Of a DNA stretch of 64,000 nucleotides, positions 1 to 12,450 are shown piece by piece. A program made the position numbers and the translations under genes. The notes beneath the pieces were generated by a model. The model was not told the origin of the DNA, ran no database searches, and saw only the letters and a list, made by a program, of their open reading frames with translations. Source of the stretch: Vicugna vicugna (lineage: Eukaryota); contig MU058065.1 in the NCBI GenBank assembly GCA_013265495.1, positions 9,217,819 to 9,281,818 on the forward strand. Reading direction: 5' to 3'. Numbering within the stretch: the first letter of the stretch is position 1; the number at the start of each line of letters is the position of its first letter.

Positions 1-1112
1 TTTTTGAAATGATGCTTTCAATATTTAAAGTCGTATTTTTATACCACGAAAGGTGCCAGTAAATGAATTGGCATACTTTGAAATACAGGTAGTAATTTGG
101 GAAGCTTTTGAGATGCCAGTAGGAGGGGGAAGAATGGTTGTGATCATGTTTTGTTTTTCTTCGATAGACAAACAGATGGAAAGAGCTTGGGCAGCCATCG
201 AGTCCCCTGGCATCAGTTGGTGGGCTAGTGGCTGGGCTAAATCACCCCTTAGATACAGAGGCCCTGCTTCCAGGCTCCTCTGTGGGTCCTCCGAGGGCTC
301 CCCCACTGACTGTATCTTGTAGGTTGCTTTCACCAAGTTTGGGAGAAAAAAGTTTAGGTTTCACATAATATTGAAGATCTCAGAGTGGGTTAATGCTATA
401 TGTTGCCCATAGTACTTCGTGTCGTTGTCAGTTAGGGATCTGGTTGCTTGCAATGCAGGAGGGACGTAGAGACTCAGAATTAGAGGTTGGAGGACCAGGA
501 AAGATACAGGCTTGGAAGATAGGCAGGAACCTAGGTAAGACAGGAGGGCTGGGCAGCAGGATCCGTAGCAGAAGCCGGAACCACCTGGCTTTCATGCTGC
601 TGCCGCCGCTGCAGTGGGTAATGAGCTAACCTCCAGTCATCACCCCCAGCTGTCCTGGGACTCCACATCCCAGGAGAATGTGATTGGCTGTGCATAAGCC
701 ATGTTTCTTGGGGTGGAGAGAGCAGATCTGTCTCCTTCAGATTCTAAAATGGGAGTTGGGCTTGACTTTTAGATTCCTTGTCCTCACAAGGTAACTGGGA
801 CTCCCTCAGAGGGAGGTTAGGTACAAATAGGAATAGGATAGTATATTGGACAGTGTCCCCCTTAAAAAAAAAAAACAGACAGATGTCTACTACGGCTCTC
901 CCATCGGCTGTGCAACATTCACATACACCTTCTTACCATACTTGTGCTTACGAAAATAAAGTGCTCCGGCCAATGTGCTGCAATTCTTCCCTTATGGCTG
1001 AAAATATAGCCACCCCTCTCTAGAGGTTCTTGAGAAGATCTTTGTCCGTTGTCTTCCATCGCCACGTCTAAGTGGAGCCTAGGGGACGATGGCTTTGTCA
1101 TGCTTTAGCACG

Positions 1113-1114
<2 letters not shown>

Positions 1115-1143
<29 letters not shown>
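1115..1143 (+). repeat. Poly-T run (29 nt)
   Basis: Directly visible homopolymer. Confidence 0.95.
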
Positions 1144-1859
1144 GGGAATCAAGTACTTGTAAGTCACTGTCAGCCAGACTTCTTTGGCAGCATAGATCCC
1201 TTAATGTTGCTGGCTTTCAAGGTCTGTCCGCTTCCATGGGCTAGTAACCAAAACAAGATAAACTGCCACCCCCTAAGGTTTTGAACCTAGAGCTTGGTCT
1301 GAAAACTTGTCTCTGGGCAATTGGACCAGGCCTTGGTGCTCTGCAGAGTGCCTTAGCTCTTATCAGTGCACCTGGGAACAGATAAGATGCCTAACAAACC
1401 CGCAGAGTGGGAGGTCCTGCCCCTGCACTGCGTCTTCATGGCGGGAGTGCTGTCCTTTTCTCAGGCTGTAGAGATGAAATAGATTCTAGGGACAGGTGAC
1501 TTCTCCTCTGTGTCCCTCGGCTTCAGGCAGAGTGATTCCTCTTAGCAGCATCATATGTCCTCTCTGGCTTTCAGACAGGCCAGTTTCACAGCCGGCATGT
1601 CTTTTGCTTGTAGATCCTTAACGAGTAGCCAACACGTCATCTGGCATCTAAACTTTTCTCAAATTTTTTTAACGTTGTGGACACAAGGTCCAAGTCTTAA
1701 GGCACAACAGACAGTGGTTTAATCAGCTGTTTTGCCATTAAGTACCAAAGATGATCTTGCCAGGCCAAGATAGTAAGAAGGTCCACATGCTTCCACTCTG
1801 TGTCCTTGGCTCAGCCAGTCCACGTTCTTTAGTTTGTTACTTAAAACACTCCACTTCCT

Positions 1860-2300
1860 TGTGCCAGCTTCCTTTATTGGGTAAGATGCTTTCTGTTGCA
1901 AATAGTAGAAAATCCAACTTAAATAATAGGGAGAATTAATTGGCCTCCTTGACTGAAAGCATGTTAGAGCAGTGGGGTAGGCTTCAGGTGCAGTTTGATC
2001 CAGAAATTTGTGATGTCATCAGGTTATTTTCTTTCCCTACCCTCCTCCACGTATTGTCTTCCTTCTCAGACTAACCGCCTTGTGAAAGCAGATGAGGCCG
2101 CAGCCGTTCCAGGTATCACATCTGTAAATCATGCCAACCAGAGGTAGATGGAACCTTTGTTCTAATATTCCAAGCCAAGGCCTCAGGCTCAGTTATATGA
2201 CCAGCCCTGAATCAGCTACAGTAGCTGGGAAATGGAAATGGTGTTGATGGCCTTAAGTCTAGATACATGCTACATTCCTGGAACTTGGGGTAAAATTGGC
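1860..2300 (-). mobile_element. Old MaLR LTR (MLT1-type) fragment
   Basis: gatgctttctgttgcaaatagtagaaaatccaact...ggcttcaggtgcagtttgatccag resembles the reverse complement of old MLT1 LTRs. Boundaries approximate. Confidence 0.5.
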
Positions 2301-4599
2301 TTCCCTGGAGTAACATGGATTCCCCTGGGGAGCCTGGGAAGGGTGCAGGTGGACCATCCATGTGTCAAACAAAAAGTATCCTCAGTGCTCTACACACGTT
2401 CCCACGCGAATTCTTCTGACCGTTTATGGAAACTTGAGTTAGCAAGTGATTCTGAAATTTCTTCCTGTAGTCAGCATTGCTCTTTCAGAGAAAAAAACAA
2501 ATCACTTTCTTTTGGCGGAGCAAAGTATACTAACCACTGAGATGTCAAAGTGAACCAGCCAGGCCTGAAAATAGTAGTCACAGTAAGAGAAATCTGTCCA
2601 TTTGTGCAAAGATAGAAAGTACCTCTGTGCCATTTTTTCCAGTGTCCCATTTTCACCATGAGGATGAGGGGGAGCGTGTCACTGTTTCCTCCCCCAAAGT
2701 ACCTAGATGCTAAAAAGTAAACAAAACTAAAAACCAAAACAATGAAATGAAACAAAACTGTGCTTGCATGACTAAATGAACCTTGGTGTCACCTTTTCAG
2801 TTGGTTTACTTTATTGTTGTATTTTGCTTTGCAAAAGTTGTGTTTTTCAGAGCTTTTCACTTTTACCCATTGCCTGTAACTGAGCATTTGTTTTGCCCTC
2901 TTCTGCCCTTTGGACTATGAAGTTGAGATAGAAGTGTAAAAATCAGAACCCATAGGCTTGCTTGAAACTTGTACTTGAAAAGATGGTGAAGCAGGTGTAA
3001 TTACAGGAGAAGATTGGCTGCTTAATTATTGTTACCTGCAGCTAAGCCGTTGTCTTTCTGCAGCTGTTTCCATAAATAGACTGTATATACAGGAATCTAC
3101 CCCTGGGGTGAAGAGTTCCCATTCAGCCTCTTTGCTTAATTTAAATTGCTGGTTTGAGGTGGTTATTTTTGAAACTCTTCTCAGGTTGACTTCCCCCTTA
3201 ATCCCTAAGCCTTCTTCCCTCATCTGCCAAATTATATGTAATGCATCGCAGCTAGAGTGCTTTTGGCATTTCAAGAGTCTGAGAACTTGAAATTTGATTT
3301 AAATGTTAATTTATTGTGACAAAGGTTGGGCACTCACGTTCCTATTCCTGTATAAATCTTTTCACGGACTTGGCGTGGGACCAGCTGTCTCCCTGGCTTC
3401 TGCTGCATCTCGAGAGAATGGCAAATGCCCCTAACTCCACCTGTTTTGTTTCAAAAGAGTCTGGCCTATTTCAAAGCACTCTTGGTGTTACTGTTATTGG
3501 GTTTTAGCAATACCTGGGGCTATTTATTCCAGGTGTAGTTGGCATGAAATCAGAAAAGACATATTAACAAAAAAGTTAACTGTTTTCTTCTTTTGAATAT
3601 TAAATACGTCTTTATTGTTTGCTTTTGTTTTATGAGAGAACCTCCTTGCTGCTTCTTGGTCTTTTTTTGGCTTTTTAGTGCACACTTTAAGCAAGTTTTT
3701 AACAGGTCATAAATAAAGGATGCGTTTGGATTCATAGAAATCATGAGTAAAATTAATAGTAAAGAATTATGTAATTCCCAGCTCTTCCCAGTTGCCTTTA
3801 AAATAACCCAACTAAATATAGTTTCTCTTCCCTAAGAGACCTACTAGACGTTCTGGAGTAGAATAGTAGGACATTTATTTAAATTGCTAAGTCTTAAGCA
3901 AGAAGACCAACCTTTATAAGATACAAGATGCCTGGATGACTCCTTCATGAAAAGAAATGAATGTACTCCCCCCTCACATTAGGGGCATGAATATATGTTA
4001 AGTATTTCTTAGTATCCTGAAGTATTATTTAGTATTAGTATATTGAAGTTAAACAAAATTGACTTCCACACTGGAAGCATTTAGAAGGAATGGCCCAGAT
4101 GAATTTAGTTCTACATCCTGGTAATAGTAGAGAAAGCAACATAACATAACATAACACACACACACACTCCTACATTAATGTGGTTGAAAGGGTATTCAAC
4201 TAACGTGTTCTTGACAGAGATCAGGTTTGAAGCCGTGGGTATTAACATCCCGCTGCTGGGTGGCACCATGTCGGGGCTGAGTGCTGCGCTTGCAGGGTGC
4301 CTCTGTTTCCTGGTGGGCTTTCTCCTTGAGCTAAAGGGAAACTAGTATATCTGGTCTATTTGTTGCACGTTAATTTGGTTTTGCTGTCCTAGCAGCATGT
4401 CTGTTGGAGTGAGCACTAAGAATATTGAGGTCACTCTTGGCAGGTTATATTATACAGGCAACCTCTGATTTTTCAAGTGGATTGTATTCTTTTATAAGTC
4501 AGTGTTGAGTCCTGGAATGAAATTTCTCCCCATAGGTATAGTGTTATAAGTGGTGATTGAGTTCTTTTAACACAAAATATAATACACTCTAAACCATAA

Positions 4600-4745
4600 G
4601 CAAAATTTCTTAATCTCTCTGAGCACCCTTACCTTAAAATGGTAATAACTTACCTCATGGAGTTGTGAGGATTAAATTAATTAAGGCATGGAAAGTTGTT
4701 GATATAGGGTCTGATATGTGGCAAGTAGTCAGTAAATGTTAGCAT
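4600..4745 (+). mobile_element. MIR SINE fragment
   Basis: cttaatctctctgagc...taaaatggtaataacttacctcatggagttgtgaggattaaat: MIR core and 3' part. Confidence 0.7.
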
Positions 4746-5238
4746 CATTTAAAAAACATTATTTCCTGGGAAAATGCATTCTGCATTTCATCATGGAGGA
4801 CTGGGAGAATGCCATCTCGGGGCAGCGGGTTCCTGTGGATTCAAGGCTGATGTTGGTAGGAAAGGGCAGGTGGAGTGGGGTAGGTTGGGTTCTCTTGCTA
4901 GAGATTTTGCAGCTTCCTGCTGGGGAGAGGGGATGATTTACAGGAGAAAATGGCAACCCTGGCTTCCTAGTGGCTCTTTCTGTCTGTGGACTTTGCTTGG
5001 GTTGATGACTGGGAGGGAGGTTCTTTGGTGGCAGCAGGTTGGCAAATGGGGCTTCATGGCTTGGCAGCGCCTGCAGCTTCTGACGTAGGTTGAGGGGAGG
5101 TGAGGTTGCGACATTGGTGAGGTGAGGGCCATTTGGAACAATCCGTGTTTCATTTTTCCATTGATGCTAAGAATCCATCTGAAATAATTTTGCTCATTTA
5201 AATTGTTTCCTTTTCCTTCTTTCCTGCAGCAAGAGAGT

Positions 5239-5373
5239 ATGGCCAAGATGGAGGTGAAAACATCCCTCCTGGACAATATGATTGGAGTCGGAGACATGGT
5301 TCTTTTAGAACCTCTCAGTGAGGACACGGTCATCAACAACCTCAAGAAGCGCTTTGACCACAGTGAGATATAT
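5239..5373 (+). CDS. MYO1B: Unconventional myosin-Ib, first coding exon (aa 1-45); the exon starts at 5230 with 9 nt of 5' UTR
   Basis: Translates to MAKMEVKTSLLDNMIGVGDMVLLEPLSEDTVINNLKKRFDHSEIY, the MYO1B N-terminus. Polypyrimidine tract plus cag acceptor (AG 5228-5229), strong Kozak context (A at -3, G at +4), donor GTGAGT at 5374, phase 0. Confidence 0.97.
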
Positions 5374-8300
5374 GTGAGTGTGCCCAGGAGGTCCTCTTTG
5401 GGCTTTAGACTTTGTGTTTTGTGGCAGAGAGCTGGCTTTTCTTTCTCAGACTCTTCTTTTTTCTGTTTGCTTACTGAAGTCCAGAGGTATTTGTTTATAC
5501 CCTCAGAAGGAGTTTTGTGTTTGCTCATCTGGCACATGAGTTATATCGATTAGAGTGTCACGTGAGTCTGCTTTCCATACCATGTTTGTAGAGGGCCGCC
5601 TGTGTGCAGAGTATCGCACTGGATGTTGGGGGCATTTTAAAGCAAGTGGAAGACTTAGTTCTGCCCTCTGGGGAACATATATTCAGGAGGAAGTTTGAAA
5701 TCCATATTCGTAAGATTAGCAGTCTAACCTTTGAGAAGCTACTCATTAAAATGTGACGCAGTGAACTGTCAAGAAAGACATGAACCTTCTTGACGTTTGT
5801 AGTTAATAGAGACAAGAGCAAATTACCAGGTACAAATATGTGTTTGGTCCCTGGAGATTTGGGAATAGTCATGTCCTGCGATACAAAAGTACAATGTCAT
5901 ACACAAAAATGAAAATGTATAAATATATATAATAATAGAAATTTTATGTTGTAAAAGTTCTCTGTAAAGGATTTCACAGTGTTAACTATCAAGTTTCTTA
6001 AATATACTTAAAACACGAGTTGAAAATACTTTTATATTCAGCTTTTCAAGAATTTGCATAAAGCACAGAAATTTGCATCTGGGCAGGTAGAAATGTATTT
6101 TGTTAACTAAACCAAGGAGATGAGGCATTGATTCACTGTACCAGCAGCTGAGAAGGAAATGGATGGATTGGGTGGAAATAATTTTCATAGATTATGCTTC
6201 GTTTCTGAGTTACTTTTCCCCCATTTTATAGCGTATCTGTGTCTGGATAGGAATTGCATTATTGGGACATGCTCCTTGTTTTTCTGTCTGTCAGTGTAGG
6301 AGGAAATATAAGTCAGTAAAAGGAGAGAGCATTACTGTTTATCACTTTTGTGGAACTAGTATATTTTTAAAAATTATATGCAAAGCTATATTTTATGTTG
6401 CATACAGCTTTCCTTTCCAGTTAGGCAGTAATCATGTTTCAAGGATAACTGTGGATAATTAATTTCTTAATGAAATAGGAGTCACCATCTGGGAACTGAA
6501 GCTTTCATCTTTCTTGATTTGATTGTTGGAGGCAGGGGGCAGTTGACAGTAGCATGAGATATGCGGATACTGCTCTGGAATATTAATTTGATAACGGACA
6601 CTAAGTTCAGAGGTGTGGTTATATAAAATGCTGATTCAGGTGGAAGAGGTATGAGGTGCTGCCGCAGAGCCCGAGAGAGGTGGTGTTTGGTCTGGCAGCG
6701 AGGCCCTGTGTCACCTCCCCTCAAAGTGTAGCAGTTCTCCTTTCAGGTGGGAAAACCCCATGGTTCTGCGGCTTTAATTGGAAGTATGATCTGATGTCAA
6801 ATGAAAGACGGACTTTAAACATGGGTCTTTGAGTTGGAGATAGGAGTGGGGGTCAATTGTATCGTTGCCAGTGTTGGCTGATCATTTTTCTTCCTGGCTC
6901 TAAGAGGCACGGTTCACTCTTAGATGAACTGAGAATCGGGTGGAGAGTAGTGCATTGCATTCAGTCAAATACCTGATTTGTTGTGCCCACTAAAAACAAA
7001 ACAATCTCCTTTGTAACAAAATGCCAAGTGTTAACATTCATGAGTCTTTAGCAGACAAAATGTCTGGGTTTTAGTCCTACATAATCTTATTTTCTGACTA
7101 TTTTAGGAATGCCCTTTCTGCTATAAAGCAAAAGCAGAAAATTGCTTTCTACTTCCAGATATTCATATAATTAATGTTTTCCATGATACTTTGGGACTAT
7201 CATTTCCATGAGATGTGTGCCTTCATTTTGTAACTTTAAACACACATCATGTTGGAGGATTGGGCATTCTCTATTTTGAGCCAAAAAGAAAAAGAAAAAG
7301 AAAAAAAGGCAGTTTATAGGGTAATGTGTGTAGTGTGATCTTATTTTTTAAAGGGGGCTTATGGGTGTGTACATATGTTTGTATATTTGTATGAACACAG
7401 AGAAAGGCATGCTAACTGTAGGTTAGCATGGGGTAGGATGGTGTATAGGGACAGGGAAGAGTTACTAGTCTTTTAGACTTCCGTATTATAGGATTTGTTA
7501 AGTCAAGCATGTAGTTTTTGGTAATAAGTTGGATTACCCCACCTCTGTAACCCCATAAGTCGTATATACACCACCCTTGGGAAATCTGTTTCTGGCTCTT
7601 ACTCTGATAATATTCCTGCTTTGTTTTTGTTCATGGGTTGCTGCAAAATTGTTCAGTCTGATGCCAAAGGCCAAGTTAATATGACATGCAACATTTTACT
7701 ATTTTGTTCTTCACTTTGTTTTTTCAGTTCCTTTCCAGAAGATGAAGGGGCAGTTTGGTGGTGGTGGTTTGTTTGTGTTTTAGTCCCTGTTCTCACTAGC
7801 TTTATTTTATCCTATGATAGTGTGTGATGGTCTACCGTGACCCGTTGTGCACACGTATTAAACAGTTATGTGTGTGTTCAGAAGCCATGGTTGACAAGGG
7901 GCCCAGAGAACAGAGGGACGCCCGGCTCAGGCGGTAGAACTGCGGCTCTTCCCACAGCCTGGGCAGCCTCCTGTGTGAGCTAGCTCTAGGCTGGGGGACC
8001 CGGTTCTTCCATCCTGCCGTCCACCCTCCCTCCACCACCACTGTGTCTAGAGGTAAGAAATAGTCCTGACCTTCACAGAGCTCTCACAAGATAAGAGCTA
8101 TCAACTCTCTAGAGTATTTATAACCCCTGGTGATCCTGTGGATCTCCAGCCAGCTGAGTCTGGAAGTAGAGTCCCTTGTGATCTTGTCACACGAAACCTG
8201 AAGCTCTGGGTTGGCTGCTGGAGTCACACCTACTCCTCGCACCACTGACTGTGGCCAGGTGACTGGAATGAGCTGAAGACTTAAGAAGATGATGTCTTCT

Positions 8301-8774
8301 TCTCCTCGGGTTGGGGGAGGGTTAGTTTTTTCCAAAGTAGATGGGTTCTGTGTAGCGGGTTGAGTACTAAATATATCTGCCGGCGTGTTAGGAAGAGGAA
8401 AGGGGAATAGATGCTAGCGAGACCCCCTGCTGCAGCCCCCTCACAGCTTTGGTAGGGAATTCTGCAGTGCAGTGGCTTTGTTGGTATTGCTACCACCCTA
8501 AAGGATACGCCCCACGAGAAGCATTTATCATTGGCGCTCTGAGCTTCAAGTGTGCACCCAAAGGCACACTTCTCAGGACTTTTCTCCTGGAGAAAAGTGG
8601 CAGAGAAGAGCACACAGAGGTCCCAGGGAGGGGCATAGTTGAAGTCCATCCACTTTTGGGAAGTTTGTTGAAATCTTTGCTTCCAAAGTCATTCAGTGTT
8701 TTATTCTATTCTGTAATGCGTATGGTTTTGCTTTAATCTAACATGTTCCTTGGAACCTTTCTTTGAGTAAGAAC

Positions 8775-9009
8775 TATTTTTGGTGCTGACAAGTAGTTTT
8801 AGTTTGTTTTCTGTCAGAATTGTCAGGTTGGGGACCATCTAGTTACAGAGATCTGAATTAATCCGATTTCAAGATCTCATGTTAAACTAATTATAGTTGT
8901 AAGAGGACTGCTTTGAAAGTCTGGTAAAAATTGTCTTGATTTTTAGAAGTTTGTACTCAAATTGGGATCCCCATAAAAATGGGATCTGATACTCTTATGA
9001 AAAATACTC
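8775..9009 (+). repeat. Copy 1 of a ~235-bp diverged direct repeat
   Basis: Colinear with 9639-9872. First 22 nt identical (tatttttggtgctgacaagtag). Confidence 0.9.
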
Positions 9010-9638
9010 AAGTCCATGCCTCAGGATTATCTGTTCTTCACTTTGAGGTGGGTTCACACACCGGTTTAAGAAGCCCTGAGTTGGCTCACAGCCTTCTCTG
9101 TAGCCGGGCAGAGGCTCTAAATCTGAGACAGTTCCTGATGTTGACAACGTGGTCCTTGCAGGAAGGTGGTTCCATTGGGGATGGAGGCGGGTCAGGTCAG
9201 AACAGGGAGAGGGCATGTTGGCCTGCAGCGTAACAGGCAGGGTCTCAGACTGTATGCTTCGATTCCTCACCCTTGGTGGAGTGCAGTTCAAGCTGGGACC
9301 AGCTGCAGGACGTGCAGTTGCTCTAGCAGCCTCTGTGGGGACAGTGGTGGGAGATGCTGGTTCTGACGCTCCCAAGTGCTGTGCTTCTGCGTTCTGTCTG
9401 ACCTTTGTCAGACCCCCTCTCTGCCTCCCCACCCCCGCCCCCAGCCAGGCGGAATAGTGGCAGGATTTTGCATGGTCTTGTAATGTAGGAGACCCAGCCA
9501 GACGTGATTCTGTTTTTAGGGTGACTGGTCAGGACTGTGGTTCTGTTCAGGAACAGGAAAGCTGCAATTTAGGCAAGAACAAGGCCCAGGGCAAATTTGG
9601 AAACAAAAGAACCAAAGTGTCTGTTCTCTGACAGGAAG

Positions 9639-9872
9639 TATTTTTGGTGCTGACAAGTAGATGGAGTTTGTTTTCTCTCTGAATTGTTAGGTGCGGATCA
9701 TCCAGATATAGAGGTCTGAATTAGTCCAGTTTTAGCATCTTAAGTAAACAAATTATAGATGTAAGAGTGATTGCTTTGAAAGTTTAGTAGAAATTGTCTT
9801 AATGTTTAGAAGTTAGTAGTAGAATTAGAATCCCCATACAGATGTGATCAAAGACTCTTATGAAAGATACTC
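9639..9872 (+). repeat. Copy 2 of the ~235-bp diverged direct repeat
   Basis: Shared blocks with copy 1: tctgaatta, aattatag, tgtaagag, tgctttgaaagt, aaattgtctt, tttagaagtt, atccccata, actcttatgaaa. Confidence 0.9.
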
Positions 9873-10035
9873 GCATATAAGTATAATATATTTGGTTTAA
9901 AATAAGTCAGTGAAAATAATACTAGTTAGCATTTATACATTCATTTGAACTGTCAAAACCACTTTTCATTTGTACACAGGAAACTTCCTACCTTTATAGA
10001 TACAATGTTTATTCCTGAGAATTTGGTGTACCTGG

Positions 10036-10260
10036 TGTATTAGCTTTCTCTTGCTGCAGAATGGATTGCTACAAACTTAGTGGGTTAAAATAACATACAT
10101 TTATTACCTGACTATTTCTGTGGGCAAGAGTTTGGGCACGGCTTAGCTGGGTCCTCTGCTTGGGGTCTCACCAGGCTGTCATCGAGGTGTCAGCCAGGAC
10201 TGTAGCCTTGTCAGAGCCTTGGCCCTTTTCCAGGCTCATGGGGTTGCTGGCAGAGAGCAG
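10036..10260 (-). mobile_element. MaLR LTR (MLT1 family) fragment
   Basis: tgtattagctttctcttgctgc...acaaacttagtgggttaaaataacatacatttatta...ggcttagctgggtcctctgct is typical of an MLT1 3' end in reverse orientation. Confidence 0.75.
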
Positions 10261-11254
10261 GGCTGGAGTGCAAACGTCTAACTTAGTGCTATTCCTGCTA
10301 CCTAATTTTTTTTTCTTTTTAAAATTTCCTTTAAAAAGCCTTCTTTAAAAAAAATTATAAAAGTAACAAATGCTTTTGGGGGAAAAAAATCATAGTAGAG
10401 GGCTACATGACATAAAAATGTGATTTTCTTACCTTAGTACCCCAGGCCCTTTGCAGAAGTAATGGTAGTTAAGGTAGGTCACCTTCCAGGTTATGTAAGT
10501 TTGATTAAAAATCGAATTTTCTTGTTTGTTGTTTTAGAGTTGGAAGTAGCAGGTTCTCCATCTAGATGGATGAGCCTTTGCCCAGAGACCCCAGACCCAG
10601 CAGATTTGAGGGAGACAAGAACCTTCTTTAATGCCACCTGCCCTCCCACCTTGACCAAGTAGGGGAAGGAGGAGAGGGGGTCTGAGCTGGCAAAGTGAAA
10701 TGCCTGGACTCGACTGTATATGAGGGATTCCCCATGAGCAGACAGCCTGCTCGACTCATGGGGAAGGTAGACTATTGAGGAACCATGGAGAACAAATCGT
10801 GTGTGTTTTCAAGAGTATAAACAGCTTTGGTGTTTGGAAGGGAGAACACCACATGAGAAGGCTGGATAAAGCTGGTGAAAAACAGCAGATCACAAGGCTG
10901 AAGAAGTGTTGTGTCTAGTTTCTGAGCACAGTCTGTCTCTTGGACAGTTTTATAATACTTTTCAAAGCAATCAGTTTTGGTACTAACTTGCCAGTTTCAA
11001 CCTGTCCACACTCTTCTGAAACCTTCAGTGATTGGCACATCTCTTCCTCTTAGAGCTTGCAAGATGGCTGCACATCTGTCTGTTATTTACCGAGCTCAGA
11101 GAGTTGTTTCATCATGCAGGCACTATATGGTACTTGATCTATTTGTGTACTGTTTATAATATATTAATTTAAATGTTCTGGTTGAAGTTACACTGAACTT
11201 CAATTTGGAGGAAATTAAGGCCCGACCTCAGGTCTGCAGAGGTTTCATCTTTTG

Positions 11255-11385
11255 GTAGCGGTGTGGTGGGTACTAAGGAGCCAAGACCCGAGCTCCAGTC
11301 CTGGCTCCGCCCCTCACCATCTGTGAGACCTGGAACAGGTGCTTTAACTCCTTGGGGACTGTTCCCTTATTGGTAAAATGATAAA
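11255..11385 (+). mobile_element. MIR SINE (5' part and core)
   Basis: ccagtcctggctccgcccctcaccatctgtgagacctggaacaggtgctttaactcc...gtaaaatg. Confidence 0.6.
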
Positions 11386-11387
11386 TG

Positions 11388-11625
11388 ATAACAGCTAACA
11401 TGTGTCAAGTCCTTATTGGTACAATATACCATCCTAAGCACCTTACATGTATTTGTTTGTTTAAGTATTACCAGAGGCTTGTACACTGTAGGTTTTAAAA
11501 TTCATTTTACATGTGAGGCGACTGAGGCTCAGAAAGACTAAGTAACTTGTCCAGGGTCACACAGCGAGTAGGTGATGGAGCTAGGATTCACACCCAGGAA
11601 GTCTGGCTCTGGAGTTCATGCTCAA
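11388..11625 (-). mobile_element. MIR SINE, near full length
   Basis: cattttacatgtgaggcgactgaggctcagaaagactaagtaacttgtccagggtcacacagc...gagctaggattcacacccagg is the reverse-strand MIR core. Confidence 0.85.
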
Positions 11626-12249
11626 AATAATGGTCCTGCTGATTTTACACAGTTGCTATGAGTGTCAGTGATACCACTAATATGGAAGCGTTCTCAGTCC
11701 ACAAAGTGCTGTTCATCATACTTGACTATGATTTTGCAGAATGTGTAGGTTCGGAACAAGGCAGTCTCAGTAAGCCAGACAAATACTTGAAGGGGATAAG
11801 CAGTATTCCTGCCATGTGTCGAGTTAGCATTCAACAGTGCAGTGACATGAACTAGTGTGACATGGAACAAGCATGCTCAGTTCTGAAGTCCTAGGCATTC
11901 CCTAGTCAAAGAAAAGTGCTCACAACCGTTAGGCTGGTGTTTTCCTCTCTGGAAGGTGGGAGAAGATCTTGGGAGGAGATTGTTTCTCGTCATATTCACT
12001 GGGTGGCAGGCGACTGACAACTGCACACACTCCTTTACCTTTAAGAGCACAAGGTGGAGGGGGAGGAGGAATCAGTTCAGCACTAGGGCTGTGTGGCCAA
12101 CCCATGTGGCCGTTGCAGCCCTCCCCTCCACGCATGCACCTTTCTCTCCTCTTACATGGATAGTACAGTTAAGTATTCATGGTAATCCTCATTTCTAAAG
12201 AGAGGCTGTTTTGTTCCTCAACAAAGGGAGTGTAGGGTGAGACATTAGG

Positions 12250-12450
12250 TGGCATTACTGGGAAAGGCATGAGCCTTTGGCAAACAGACCTAAGGTTGAA
12301 TCTTGGCCACTCACAACCACTGTGACCATTGTAAATAACTGAAGGTCAGTTCTCTCATCTATAAAGTCGGGTCTCGAGGCTTACCTTGTTGAGTTGTGTT
12401 GGAGACTAAGGGGCATTTTAGCCCAGTGCTTGGCACATACATAGTAGGAG
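12250..12450 (+). mobile_element. MIR SINE
   Basis: acagacctaaggttgaatcttggccactcac...ctgtgacc...tcagttctctcatctataaa...cccagtgcttggcacata. Confidence 0.65.

Noticed and set aside
1..5229. MYO1B promoter or first exon
   Set aside because: There is no CpG island and the region ends in a splice acceptor, so it is most likely the end of an upstream intron.
4938..5537. 199-aa antisense ORF overlapping the first coding exon
   Set aside because: No recognisable domain. It is consistent with a chance shadow ORF of the coding exon plus flanking low-complexity sequence.
5203..5553. 116-aa ORF as a standalone gene
   Set aside because: It starts at a non-ATG codon in the polypyrimidine tract and reads through the donor site into intron. 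Only 5239-5373 is myosin-like.
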